Positions 14,688 to 27,558 of a DNA stretch of 64,000 nt are shown here, piece after piece. A program made the position numbers and the translations under genes. Origin of the DNA: Paraspadella gotoi (lineage: Eukaryota; Animalia; Chaetognatha); NCBI GenBank assembly GCA_051294375.1, contig CM119263.1, positions 2,596,989 to 2,660,988 on the forward strand. Reading direction: 5' to 3'. Below the pieces are notes generated by a model. It was not told where the DNA came from. It saw only the letters and a program-made list of their open reading frames with translations, and did no database searches. How positions within the stretch are numbered: position 1 is the stretch's first letter; the number at the start of each line of letters is the position of its first letter.

Positions 14688-16327
14688 TTTTTATTTCCTT
14701 TAAAAAAAAAAGGTTAATACAAATCTTTTTCTCGGTAAGATGAAGCAGAACAAGGTTTGTTTGTATTGTACCGTTGCTAAGCATTTTTCGTTCAAGATCC
14801 TCGTTAGTCTTTTAGTATCGTAGCTATGTTACGACAGGAAGTGTAACCGATAACTTTACGTTCTTTGAAACAAATATAACTGAAAATAATTTAAAAGACT
14901 TTACCTAATACGCGTTAGTTTTTCTTAACAGCTACATATTTTTTCAAGTTATTTGAAATTATTAAAAGGCATGCGTTTGTGGTTTGTTTACACACGCTTA
15001 CTGCAAGTTTAAGTTTACCCGAAAAAAAAATGTAATTTCGAGTTTAACCGCGGTTTGGGAGACGCATAGTCTTAAGTGGAGAGGCCCGCTCAGGATCGAT
15101 CTGGATTTCATCTCAAGTACGGAGTCGCGCTTCAACAACAACAACAACAACATCTTCATCGGATTCCAAACAAACAAAAGAAGAGTTGAGATTAACGCAC
15201 TTCTGGGCGCCATCGAGAACAAAGAGGCCCTGAGTTTAAACCCACCCTAAAGGGCAAAGGGAATGGATTTGTATTTAAAAACCGTTCGTACCATGATGGA
15301 AAGATAAGTCGCCTCAACTTTCCTTAGTTTCAGGAGCTATTAAAACTTGTAATATAATTTTATTTTAAATTCTTTTCTGATTTGATTGAGCTATCTTTGA
15401 TTCAAAATATAGGTATCGGTATATAACAATAAAGCATATGAAACTTGTTTAAAAAAAAGTATTAATAAAATTTATTTGATTTAAGTATATAGTATTAAAT
15501 TATAATATACAAAAAGCGTAATAAATAATATTGTACGCCACAGTTGTAATTTTAATCATATTTGATTAAGGTTAACTCATTTAAATGAGAAAAAAATTAA
15601 AATTATTGAATATATTAAATTAATTTTTTAAATTTTTTTAAAAAAGCCTCATAATTGTTCAGTTTTGTTTCTTTTCCATCATTGTATGTTCTTCATCGAA
15701 GAATGTTAAACTTCTATTACAACGGCACAATTCTCTCTCTCCTTTTTTATTATTACTATTTTCGTCTTCACTATCAAGTTTACATGTTTGTTTTTCCCTA
15801 AACACAGTTTATTTATACATTCTTACATCACCAGACGTAATTTGAACATGAGTAACGATTGAAATCCCGTTGTGCTATTAAATCGGAATAATGAATCATA
15901 ATGATGACGAAGGCGACGCTATTATATTAACGATTTTATCGAGGCTCTTCGGTCCTCGTTATCCTTATACAAATCGATTTCCTTTTATTTTCCTTTTCAT
16001 TCTCCTTTTTTCCCCTTTTCGTTCGAATACAAAATTTAACCGAATTTCGTAAATGGATGGATGACATCCGACGAAGCCGTATCTCAGATCGCTTGTCAAG
16101 ATTTTTTGTCGTAAAATTCAATCAATCAAACTATTGCATCCATTGTCAAAGAATTCATTGTCCAGTTACACGAAGGTCTTTAAAGGTCTCGCCTATAATT
16201 GTGCTGGTTATAACTACATCTTATTCATAAACGAAATGGAAAATCGCTTTCTCAGAGAGTCGAATGGATAAGGGAGCCAAGGATGAGCTGACGCCAACGA
16301 AATTGCGATAACGAATCGCGTTTCCCA

Positions 16328-16361
<34 letters not shown>

Positions 16362-16698
16362 ATGAAACTCACCTCGATACGATAATTCGTAACTCCGGGT
16401 TTCGGTCAACCCGACGACCACCACGAAAGTAAAATCCATCGACGGTTCACCTCGACTCACCTTCCATTCAAAGCTCTGGTCCCACGTAAACCTACCCTGT
16501 CATTACGAATGTGGGGTCCGAACCTCGCGTCGAATTATCGGCCAATTATCGATGGGACATCGAAGGCCTTTTGTTCGCGAATGACGTTTTCACGGGATCA
16601 CAGACGAGACGATCGAAACGAGGGGGGGGGGATCGAAAAGAGGGAAAAGAAAAAAGGAGAAACAATGGCGTCCAATTCCGAGACATCGATTTTAAGTG

Positions 16699-16794
<96 letters not shown>

Positions 16795-16931
16795 ACTCCT
16801 CTCTCTCTCTCTTCTCTCTCTCTCCATCGTCGTCTCCCACTCCATCTCGTCAAGAGCTATTTTCCATTACCACCGGCGCCACGGACTACGGCAATAAATC
16901 CCCCCTCATTTCTCCCCCTCTAAATCCACTC

Positions 16932-17017
<86 letters not shown>

Positions 17018-17401
17018 TCTTTCTTTCCCTAAGAAGGTCAATTTTTTTTCAACGGAAGCGTTTGCTTGATTGTTGAAGCGATTGTTACAAGCTTCTTAGA
17101 ATACTAAATCTTTATTATTTAATGTCGCTTATCTTGACTAAAATTATTATATTATTTCTTGTTCTACTTTGAATCCTACGATTTCAGATATTCGTCAGAT
17201 ACTAGATACTTTACTGATACTAGTCAAGGACTGCACGGCCTAGATCCTCCTTTTAACTAGACGGCTAAAAAAAAATATTTATTTTTAATCCACTACAATG
17301 ATGTCGAATTCGATAACTACTCACTAACTATTAGTATAATATAGCTACTAGTATTAAACTATTTATTTTAAATTTCGACTAAATTGACTACGGTTTAATT
17401 A

Positions 17402-19105
17402 TTATTTATCTATTTTGGGAAGTTTGACGAATTTGGTTGAGGATTCATCACACTTTTGGCCAAAGCCCTTTGAACCGTCCCACCTTCCGGAACTTCTTAA
17501 TTTTTCTTCCAATTTCTGTCCAAGATAATTTTTGATAATTTCATAATGTTATGTTGCTTATCGAATCTTACAGTCACATTGTGGGCTAGACTATTTCGAC
17601 CTGATAGTCTTTCTTTCATCCGCAGATACTCCGTTCTGTTCTCGTTGGCCTTCATCTCCAACTGCTGTTTCTCCTCGGCGTCCTGGACAGCCTTGGCGCG
17701 CCAGACTGCCAACTCGCCCAGCATTGCCTGATTGTTGCTTGTCTTTTTCTAGTTTAAATTGAGCGGATTCTTCATGACAACCTCACAATTAATGACAATA
17801 TGTAAGAGATGATTATTTAATATGATATCTAATGAGATTAAATTTCTCAATCTTATTTACATAATACATATTGTAGTGTTAAATGTAAATGAGTTCATTT
17901 TGATTTTGGAATTGAATACTAGTTCTGTTTTTCGGTTCTAAGCCACTATTCTGTATATCGAATATTTTATCATAAGATTTAAATATTCTCTAAAAATATT
18001 TACTGACATAATTTGTAATTTGTCTAAATTATAGTCACGACATAAAGGCACTCATTTAATCAGTATATAATGATAGCGATTAAACTTTCAGCTCACCCTG
18101 ATCGTCCTGTTAGCGGCGGCCAACTTCTCGGCATCTTGTGGTCCCGGCAATCGCCGGATCATACGCCCTTGCTCGTCGACGAGCCGTTCCAAATCCTCCA
18201 AGCTCCTCTCTTTATGCTCTACTTCTTCCGTCTTTCTGATGAGGCGGCGCTGGAGCGTATCGATCCGCTCCAGCAGCTCGTTGGTCGTCGGTTCAGTCGC
18301 GGCGAGGATGCGGAATCTTTAGGAGGCGGGGGGGGTGGGTGAGAGGTGNNNNNNNNNNNNNNNNNNNNNNNNNCGCAGATTGTGAGGGCAAGAGGAGCTA
18401 TGATATTAAGAGGAAGGAACAAGAGAGCAGAAATAAAGATCCACTTTGAATTTTTTTTTAAATTTTCTCATTTTTTGCCTTAATTTTCGTTTTCAACTTT
18501 CGTGGGATCTCTGATCATTTCATGTCTCTCTTTTCCGAGAGTGGCATTTCAGTCAGAAAAACTGAGCGGCCAAAATTTCCAAAAAAATTGTAAAAAAAAT
18601 ATGACATATTATTAAAAAAGCATCAGTAGCTGTTGGATTTTTCAGACATTTTAAATATCGATTGAAATAGAAATTACCCAAATTTCTAAATATAGTCTCG
18701 TTTTTTGCTAGTTCCTAACCCAAAACCCTAACCTTAATTACAAACCAAGTCCCTAATCTTAATCACTAACCTAATCCCTAACCTAATCCTTGAAACGAAC
18801 TTTTAACCGAGTTAGGTTTTTTATTCAAAAAATTAACTTAATTCCGAATTTAAGATAAAATGGGGCTTTCTGGGAAAATATAGCCGCCTCCTCGCCCCCC
18901 CCCCCTAATCGACCTGTGGATATTCTGCGGCGTCTCGACCAGATCCTCCAACCGTTTGACCCTGAGACGTTCCGCGTTCAACTCCGTCTCCAAGCGACAG
19001 ACTTCGCGATGCTGACTCTCGCGATCCGCGCATTGATCCTCCAAGACTTTCTTCTTTCTCTCCAATTCCTTGACCTGATGGGTGGAACGGCCAGAGGGGA
19101 GAGAG

Positions 19106-19178
<73 letters not shown>

Positions 19179-19333
19179 TCCCGGGGCCAGGACTTTGTTC
19201 TCATTGACTCTAGCGTTGTAGTGCATTTCGCCGCAACCCATTCGCGTTTGCTGCAACTTGAGCTTTTCGTTGAGGCAAGCCATCTCGTCGTTGCGGCGGA
19301 CGAGTTGGGTCCCGATCAGGTCGCGTTCGCTGG

Positions 19334-19402
<69 letters not shown>

Positions 19403-22400
19403 AAAAGAGAAGAGGAAGGCGAGAGATAGAGAGAGAAGAGAGAGAGAGAGAAGAAAGAGAGAGAGAGAGATAAAGCCACATGGCGTAAAAAAAGACTGAC
19501 AGCGACTGTTAATGGACAACTGCACTTTATTGTGTACTATCCCGGACACACCTGACAAGCCTATCGAACTCCTTCCGCTGCCGCTGTCGCTCCAGCTCCT
19601 TCTCTTCCAGACTCTTGTGGGCGTATTTAAGGGAGTCGTCCGAAGCCTGAGATTGTGGTCGTCCTTTTTTGACTATCTCCACGATAACGTTGCAAGTCGA
19701 CGATGGGCTATTGGAGTCACCTTCAACTTGACTTGACAATCCTCGAACTCCAACTTCATTTTGTTGAGTTCGCTTGAGATTTTGTTCTTCTCCAATTCGC
19801 AGAAACGAAGCCTCGATGTGAGGTCGTCATAGCGACGGTTTTCCCGCGCCAACTCTTCCTTCATGCGATCCGCTTCTTGGTAAAGGAGCTGGGGAATTAT
19901 ACAACAGAAAATAAAAAGGAATAAACTTATTTACTAATTAGTGATGAAGATGCAGCAGACCCCCTTAACTTTGCCACACAGCCGCAGGATCTGCAGCACA
20001 GTGGAGAATCTGCATTGGATTCGCTGTTTGGTTAAGACAGGGGGCTGCTGGAATTTCCACGGACCGAGTCTCATTCGCGGCGTGTAAAAAATAGGTAATA
20101 TTTTTTAAAACTTAATTTAATAAATAGTTATCAATAACTGACTTAACCTCGCACTTCCTTAGATATTGATTGAGTCGATCTTTCGTCTCCATCAAAGTCT
20201 TGGCCAAATTATTCTTTTCTTGTCTCGTGGATTCGTAGAGGTTCTCTTGCTGTCGAATCTTGGACTCGTTCTCCGTCACCTGCTTCTTGTAGTCGAACAT
20301 CTGAAGCTCGAGAAGTTTGATCGTCTCCACTTCCTTCACGATCCGCGCGTCCTTCTCCCCGGAGATTCCGATCAATCTGGGACGGAGAGAGGGTTAAGGG
20401 AACTGGCTAATGATTATTCACAATTAATTTGAAATCCAACCCGCCGTTCACCTTTACCAACATGTATTAACGAGACAACCTTGCTTCTCACCTGTCTCTG
20501 TCTTTCTCCAAGGAATGAATCTGGACGCGAGTCTGTTTCATGTCATTCTTGAATTTATCGATCTGTTTGTCCATTTCCTTTCTCGTCTGAAGACATTCTC
20601 GCAGATTCCCTTGCATCTTAGTCATGGCGGCTGATGAAAATTAAATTGCAATTTTTGACTTTCTTTCTATTTCGTGATTGTGATACACATGGAGAGGACA
20701 TATTCAAACAATTACATAGACATTTGAGGAAATCTTGTGATTTAAAGATAGTTTAAGAATTTCATATGTTTCTTTAAAAAAATTGTTTATTATGGAAAAC
20801 AATGTAACAGTTAACATTTATTATCCATCATTTATTAGTCCTCTCAGCTTACATCTTTGTCCTTCTCCCTTCGTTCATTGTCCAATGTCCATCTACTCAT
20901 CATCTTGTCTCCCATATTTTTACTTCTCCCTTTGTCCATCTTCTCACCCTCTCTCTTGATCATCTGTCTTCCCATCAATTGTCCCCATCTACTACGAGGC
21001 ACCTCTTGCTTGATCATTTTGTCTCCCATCATTGTCCATCTACTCACCCTCTCGCTTGCTCATCTTGTCTCCCATATTTGTCCATCTACTCACCCTCTTG
21101 CTTGATCATCCTGTCCCCCATCTTGTCCTTCTCCCTCCTCATATCGCCGAATTCCTTGTCCAACTTCTCGTATTCCTTCTTTCCATTTTCGATCTCCACG
21201 TTGAGGGATCCGATCTTCCCGTTCAAAGCGTCTCTCTCTTTCTGACTTTGTTCCAGCATCTCTTCGGTCGCGCGGAGTTTCTTCGTCAGCGCCTCTATCA
21301 TCTGTGCGGCGAAGACGAAACCAATTATAATGTAATTAATAATTAAACACTCATATTTTTTTATTTTGTTAGGTTTTCTTTTTTTATTTACTTGTTATCT
21401 TCCAAAGAAAGAACAAATAATTAAAACAATAAATAAACGAGGTACTGAGATGTTTATTTACAAATAGTAAAAATGAAAGCGACTTGAAATTATTTTTACG
21501 TCATTTTTGTCATTTTGGTTGTTGTTTGTGACGTCATTTTGAAACCAAGGACGTTGATGACGGATAATTCGCGGTCGATTTCTTCGAGTCGCTTTTGGTT
21601 CCGTCATTTTTGTGTCGTAAAAAGTTAAATACTCTAATTTTTGCTATTGCTAACTAAGCCTGCCATAGTTATAAGTTATCAAAAAACCATCCTTCAAAAA
21701 GTTATCAAATTTTCAACAAAAAAAAAGAAAAAAAAGAAAGAGGAACTAGTTTTCTGAATAAACCTCCGCTAGATTGTAAACAATTTTTTTATTTTACAGT
21801 TTTAGAAGGGCCATGAAAACAATTTTTTGATACATAAAAAGCTGACTAAAAAGGGTCAACTTTGCGAAGAGTTACTTAAATGTCACTCTAGCCAGATCGT
21901 TATTTACTTTTAGCAAAAAAAAACAAAAAAACAACAAAAAAAACAACAAAAAACATAGAATTTCGGAGACATGCCAAAGTCAAAACTCGGCAACATCTCT
22001 CACCTTCTACAGCTTGGCGATCTCTCCCCTCAGCATCGCCATCTCTCACCATTCCTTCAGCTTTGGCGATCTCTTGCCCCTCAGCATTGCCATCTCTCAC
22101 CTTCTTCAGCTTGGCGATCTCTCCCCTCGAGCATCGCCATCTCTCACTTCTTCAGCTTGGCGATCTCTCCCTCAGCATCGCCATTCTCACCTCTCAGCTT
22201 GGCGATCTCTCCCTCAGCATCGCCATCTCCACCTTCTTCAGCTTGGCGATCTCTCCCCTCAGCATCGCCATCTCTCACCTTCTTTCAGCTTGGGATCTCT
22301 CCCCTCAGCATCGCCATCTCTCACCTTCTTCAGCTTGGCGATCTCTCCCCTCAGCATCGCCATCTCTTCAACCGCCGTCCGCATGCGACTCAAGACGCTC

Positions 22401-24853
22401 TCGTTCTCCGCGCGGACGTCGGTCAACTCTTGCTTCAACGCCTCCATCTCGGCCTGGAATGGGGGGAGCGGAATGTGGGGGTGCAGTGGGGGTAGAGATG
22501 TGGTGTAAGTGTGTTGGGGTGTGAGGTGAAAGTCTGAAAACTAAAGTACTATTTTTTTTATTGATATTGTGTCACTGTCGATTGTTGGTGTTTGGCGAAG
22601 AGGGGGCAATATAAGGTCAGAATAGGACTTTGTCAGGACAGCCAGCGTCACCTGCATGTTCGCCATTGACTCTCTCATTTTCTTCTCCTCTTTTCTCTTC
22701 GTTTCTAAATTCGCCTTCAAATTTCGAATCTCCTCTTCCTTCGCGTTGTTGTTATTCTGAAGGGGGGGAGGCGCGGGGGGGGGAAGTGAAAACAAAGGGT
22801 TTGGAAAATTAAGGAAAAAATCTTCTCAGTGAATAAGAAATTGACAAGGACCACAAAGATAACGACAACAACATTCCGCTCCGTCTCAACTTTTCTTAAA
22901 ATTACCCGAAATGAAGAAAATAACAACGAGAGACATCTTCAAACGACGACGATAACAACAACACCGCCCCCCTCTATTTCAGCCACGCCCACCATTTCCT
23001 TCTCCAGATTCCCGTAAGCGACTCTCAACTCGTCCTCTTTCGCCGCCAGGATTTCCTGCGTCGTCTGCAGCTCTGCTTCGATCCGCTGCCGCTTTTTTCC
23101 GTCGCGCATCATTTCGTTTTTCAGCAGCTGAATCTCCATCGCCAGCTGAATATTGAAAAAAGTCTGCTTTAAAAACTGAATATATATCTCTAAATGAATG
23201 TTGAAAAGTCAAAAGTATAAAAACCTCCATCATTAGATCAATGTAATGTTGAAATTTAATGGAAAAGCTGAATACATATCTCTAGATGAATGCTGAAAAA
23301 TAGTGATTCAAAAGCTGAATCTATATTGCCGGCTGAATGTTGAATAAGGTGTTATTAAAAAACTGAATCTATATATCTAGATGAATGTTAAAAAAAGTGT
23401 TATTAAAAAGCTGAATCTCAATTAGTATTAAATAAAGGGTGATTAAAAAGATGAACTATATCTATCTATGAATAAAAAAAGTTCAACTTAATCTCCGGCG
23501 AAATCAGAATCAAATATAAATATAATTAAATCAATTTATTAATCAAATCAATTTATAAATCTAATAACCTAATTATGAATTAAATTTAAATGTATCAATC
23601 AATCAATCAATCACCCAGTCAATCAATCACCTCATCTATCTTTGCGTCGTCGGCGTTCTTCACTTCCATCAACTCGTTGATCCTCGCTTCTCCAGCAGCC
23701 ACGTCTTCCTTCAGCTTTCCGATCTCGATGTCTTTCACCATCATCAGCTCCTTCAACTGCTCCATCTCCTCCAGCATCGCGCTCTGGTTTCCGCCGCCTC
23801 CGCCGCCGCCGGCGTTCCCCCGCTCCGCCATCTCGCTGAGGTGGACGATTTCTAAGAAGACGACGACAACGAAAACTATTAATTTCCCTTTTTTTTTATA
23901 TGAAATTGGTACAACCAATATATATATTTTATTTTTCTTTCTTTTTCTTTGAGACCTTGATCAATGATGATTTGGCACTATTTTCCCAAAGCATCCGACA
24001 GAGCAGCAGCAACAACAACAACAACAAGGAGAGCAACGCCCACACCCTCTCCTTAATCCTCACCTCCCTTCAAGGACTGAATGGTCTCCCTGGCCCTGCA
24101 GTTCTGATCCTCTGCCTGATCCGAGTTCTTCCAAGCTTTGTCGATCTCCGACTTGAGCTGCCCGATGATGTTTTGATCTTCTTGGGAGAGTTTGAGGGCG
24201 TCCTTGACTTTGGACGAGTTGGCCACGATCTCTTTGTTCAGTTCGCGACAAGTCTTCATCAGTCTGGCCAAAAGAAAAGAAGTGGGGGGGGGGGAAGGGG
24301 AAGGAGGGGGAAAGTCAGTGGAAAACCTTTTTTTTGGATTAGGATATTTTTGTCAGATGACACCAAATCATATCTACTATATCTACTATTATCTAGTCTA
24401 TATTCCACCTGAGCAGTTAATACGTTAAAATAAGTTAACAGAAAATAGCAAGAATACTTGCAAAATTATATGCAAAATTATATGCAAAGTTATATGTGCA
24501 TTGTGCAACATTGACAGTGACAGATGACAATAACGACAGGGAAGATGACAACGACAACGGACAATCCCTGACCTCCGTTCGTTGGCCTGCGAAGCCAAGA
24601 GCGCTCGATGCATCTTGAGGAAGAGATCCCTCAAGGCGTAGACGGAGCAGCCCTCGCCGCCGACGAGGCTCTGCAGGGTCGTCTTGAACTCATCCTCCAG
24701 GCGGAGGACACTCTCGCCGTCCATCTCGGGGAGGGCGACCTGTTGGGGACGGAGGGGGCGAGGGGGCGAGGGAAAGAAGGTAGGGAAGAGAGAGAGAAGA
24801 GAGAGAGAGGAGAAGAGAGAGAGAGAAGAGAGAGAAAAAAAAATTATTATTAT

Positions 24854-24888
<35 letters not shown>

Positions 24889-24899
24889 ATTATTATTAT

Positions 24900-24948
<49 letters not shown>

Positions 24949-25172
24949 CAGTTTTTTATGAATATTTGTTATTTCTCATAGAAAGATGTTAATTACAAAT
25001 GTTATACAATCAAAGACTCTCCAAAAATAAATATAGGGTTAAAAAAAGATTAAAATGTTAAAAACAAACAAAAGAATTAAACAACCAAATTTGTTATCTT
25101 TGATTATAATTTTTATAGTTATAAAAATTTAGGATATTATTATACTATGGTTTTTACCTCATCGATGGTCAT
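17402..25172 (-). CDS. CFAP58: Cilia- and flagella-associated protein 58 (CCDC147), multi-exon coiled-coil protein
   Basis: RLMKTCRELNKEIVANSSKV..LKSEIDKAWK, QQENLYE..RQEKN, ERDLIGTQLVRRNDE, LETELNAERLRVKRLEDLVETPQNIHR and LQRRLIRKTEEV match CFAP58 hallmarks. One apparent 1-bp error near 19180. Confidence 0.88.
20855..21125 (-). repeat. Degenerate ~43-bp tandem repeat made of a CFAP58 exon end plus donor site
   Basis: Repeated GACAAGATGATCAAGCAAGAGGGTGAGTAGATG-like units downstream of the true donor at 21093. Confidence 0.75.
21994..22368 (-). repeat. 46-bp tandem repeat (8 units) made of a CFAP58 exon end plus donor site
   Basis: Unit GAGATGGCGATGCTGAGGGGAGAGATCGCCAAGCTGAAGAAGGTGA. The first unit is the coding exon end (EMAMLRGEIAKLKK|GT). 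Confidence 0.9.
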
Positions 25173-25385
25173 TTTGACAAATTCCGAGAAATCTCCGAGA
25201 TTAATTAAACTTCTATCCTAAAACTGAAAAAATAAAACCGAAGTTTTTCAAAAAAAATTCGCAAATTCATACAATAAAAGTTTTACTCACTTTTTTCTTC
25301 TACTCGAATCTGAGAAAATCTTTTTCTTTCCATCTAAACTTGATTTTTTACGCTGAGGATTTTCACTAAACGCTTTTTCTTAGGC

Positions 25386-25502
<117 letters not shown>

Positions 25503-26543
25503 AGTGGTGGAACTTGAGAGGGTGAGTCCGCGATGGAAGTGAAAGCGTGAAAGGGAGTGGCACCCTTTTTTAATGCAGTCATTATCCTCATCATTGCCTT
25601 CATGATTGCCTTTAATGAGGCCTCGAGTAAAAAGCCTTCCTCGCCACTCAAAACTCAATGGTTTCCGCCTCTTCAGTTTCGTCGCTTTCGTCGTCGTCGT
25701 CGTCGTCCTCGTCGTCGCTTTCAACGTCGTCGTCGTACCCATTTTTTTAACTCGGCCACTTGTTAGAAATTGAAATATATTTGTTTTCACGAAGCGAAGT
25801 TTACAACTTTGTCGTCGCCCTAAGCTTTCCAAAAAAAAAATACTTTTTTTTACAATTTTTTACAAAAAATGACTATAGTCGTGGTCGACGTCTGTATCAA
25901 CATCATCATCATCATCAATCATCACCATCGTCGTCGTCTTGGTCGTCATCATCATCGTCTTCATAATCGTCGTCGTCGTCATTCAGCCTCGCGTCGTCTC
26001 ATCCTTCACATCCACTCGAAACTCTCGTCCGTCGACGGGGATGACATCTTCAAACCCCTCGGGGCATCTGTCGTCAAAATCGGAAACAATTGACCAAATT
26101 CTCCATTAAAATTGAATAATAGCGTCGACGATAAAAAAGAGACGTGGCGCTTTACCGGGCGAATCACAAAGTTAACGTTAAGTTTAATTTCAATTTATGT
26201 TAAAAAAGATTTTATTTCAACTCTTGTTTGTTTTCTCACAATTCGTTTGCCCTATAGACAATAGACTTGGTAGTTATAAACATCGTTCGCTTTTTTTTTC
26301 AAGATTTTTTTTTCTGTTTGTTTTGTTTTATTTATGATCCTGATTTTCATTTCTCCTTCGCTTTTTTAATTTTCTCTTTCTTTTCGTTGTTTATTTCTTT
26401 TTTCGCTTCGTCAATTCATTTCTTCTTTCCTTTTTTTCCCCTTTTCTTTCTTTTTTTTTCCTCGCTGAGTTTTTTCCCATCACTTCTCAACATTTTTCTC
26501 ATATAATCGAAAGAAATAACATCGATAATCTTCGTCTCCCGCA

Positions 26544-26580
<37 letters not shown>

Positions 26581-26943
26581 TAATCACAACGGGGGCGCAG
26601 TAATCACGGCCGACGGCCCGATAACGCCACCAACGTTAGTGCCATATCAGCGCCATGTCGGGAATGTCTCAGCGCCGATTTGATGTCGATGTTGATGATT
26701 CGACGAACTGCGTGAAAAAAAAAGAAGGAAGCAAGGAAGTGATAGCAAAGTGATGAGTTGTGATAATCGAAAGTCAAAGAAGAGGAAGAAGTGAGAAGTC
26801 TGAGGGGATAACGAGAGGGGAAGCGTGACAACGTTGCAGAGAACGTTGCAGAGAACGTGGCGCCATCGCGATGGAAGTCCTGGAGTCCTGTCCGAGGAGA
26901 TGGACGACGACGGCGACGAAATGAGCGGCGAACATCGTCGTGG

Positions 26944-26995
<52 letters not shown>

Positions 26996-27170
26996 GTAAT
27001 CACTTAATCTGTTATTTAAGTCATCGTCGGATTTTGGTGGGTTGACTCATTTGGTTGATTAACTAATCTAAAGAAATATTACAGATAACTACCTTTCACC
27101 GTTCAGAAAATACAAATCATCACCATTCACGATAAAGTGAAATAGAACGGGGGGGGGTGAATCCGTCGCC

Positions 27171-27205
<35 letters not shown>

Positions 27206-27558
27206 GACGGACCGAATCGTCGCGGTTCTAATTTTTAGTCCGATTTTCGTCGTCGTCCTCGTCTTCATCGTCGTATTTATCGTCGTATTTATCGTCGTGG
27301 TCGTCGAGCGGTGAATCCGAGGCCGACGACTTTAAAAGGCGCGCGCCCGAGAAAATCCATCTTTCAGAAATTCCATCGTTTGCGATTTTCGATTCCAGAT
27401 TTGAAAAATCGCTATTTTTAGAATCGATTATATCATCGCACTGAGCAGAGACAAATCGAAGATCGCTTTGACCTCCAATTCCTTCATTTATGACTCTGAA
27501 AATTGATTATCCATCACTTTGACCACAATCTTTCAATCCATTTTTTTATTCGCCCAAA

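Larger units (their letters stand above)
2339..18247. repeat. Direct tandem duplication of ~8 kb (2339-10326 and 10327-18247)
   Basis: The two copies are near-identical and differ mostly by 1-bp indels. The junction GATGAGGCGG|GTCCTTCCTCC fuses a CFAP58 exon to the orphan-gene exon. Confidence 0.95.

Noticed and set aside
21994-22368. CRISPR-like array
   Set aside because: Units are contiguous with no unique spacers, derive from a CFAP58 exon end, and the context is eukaryotic with no cas genes.
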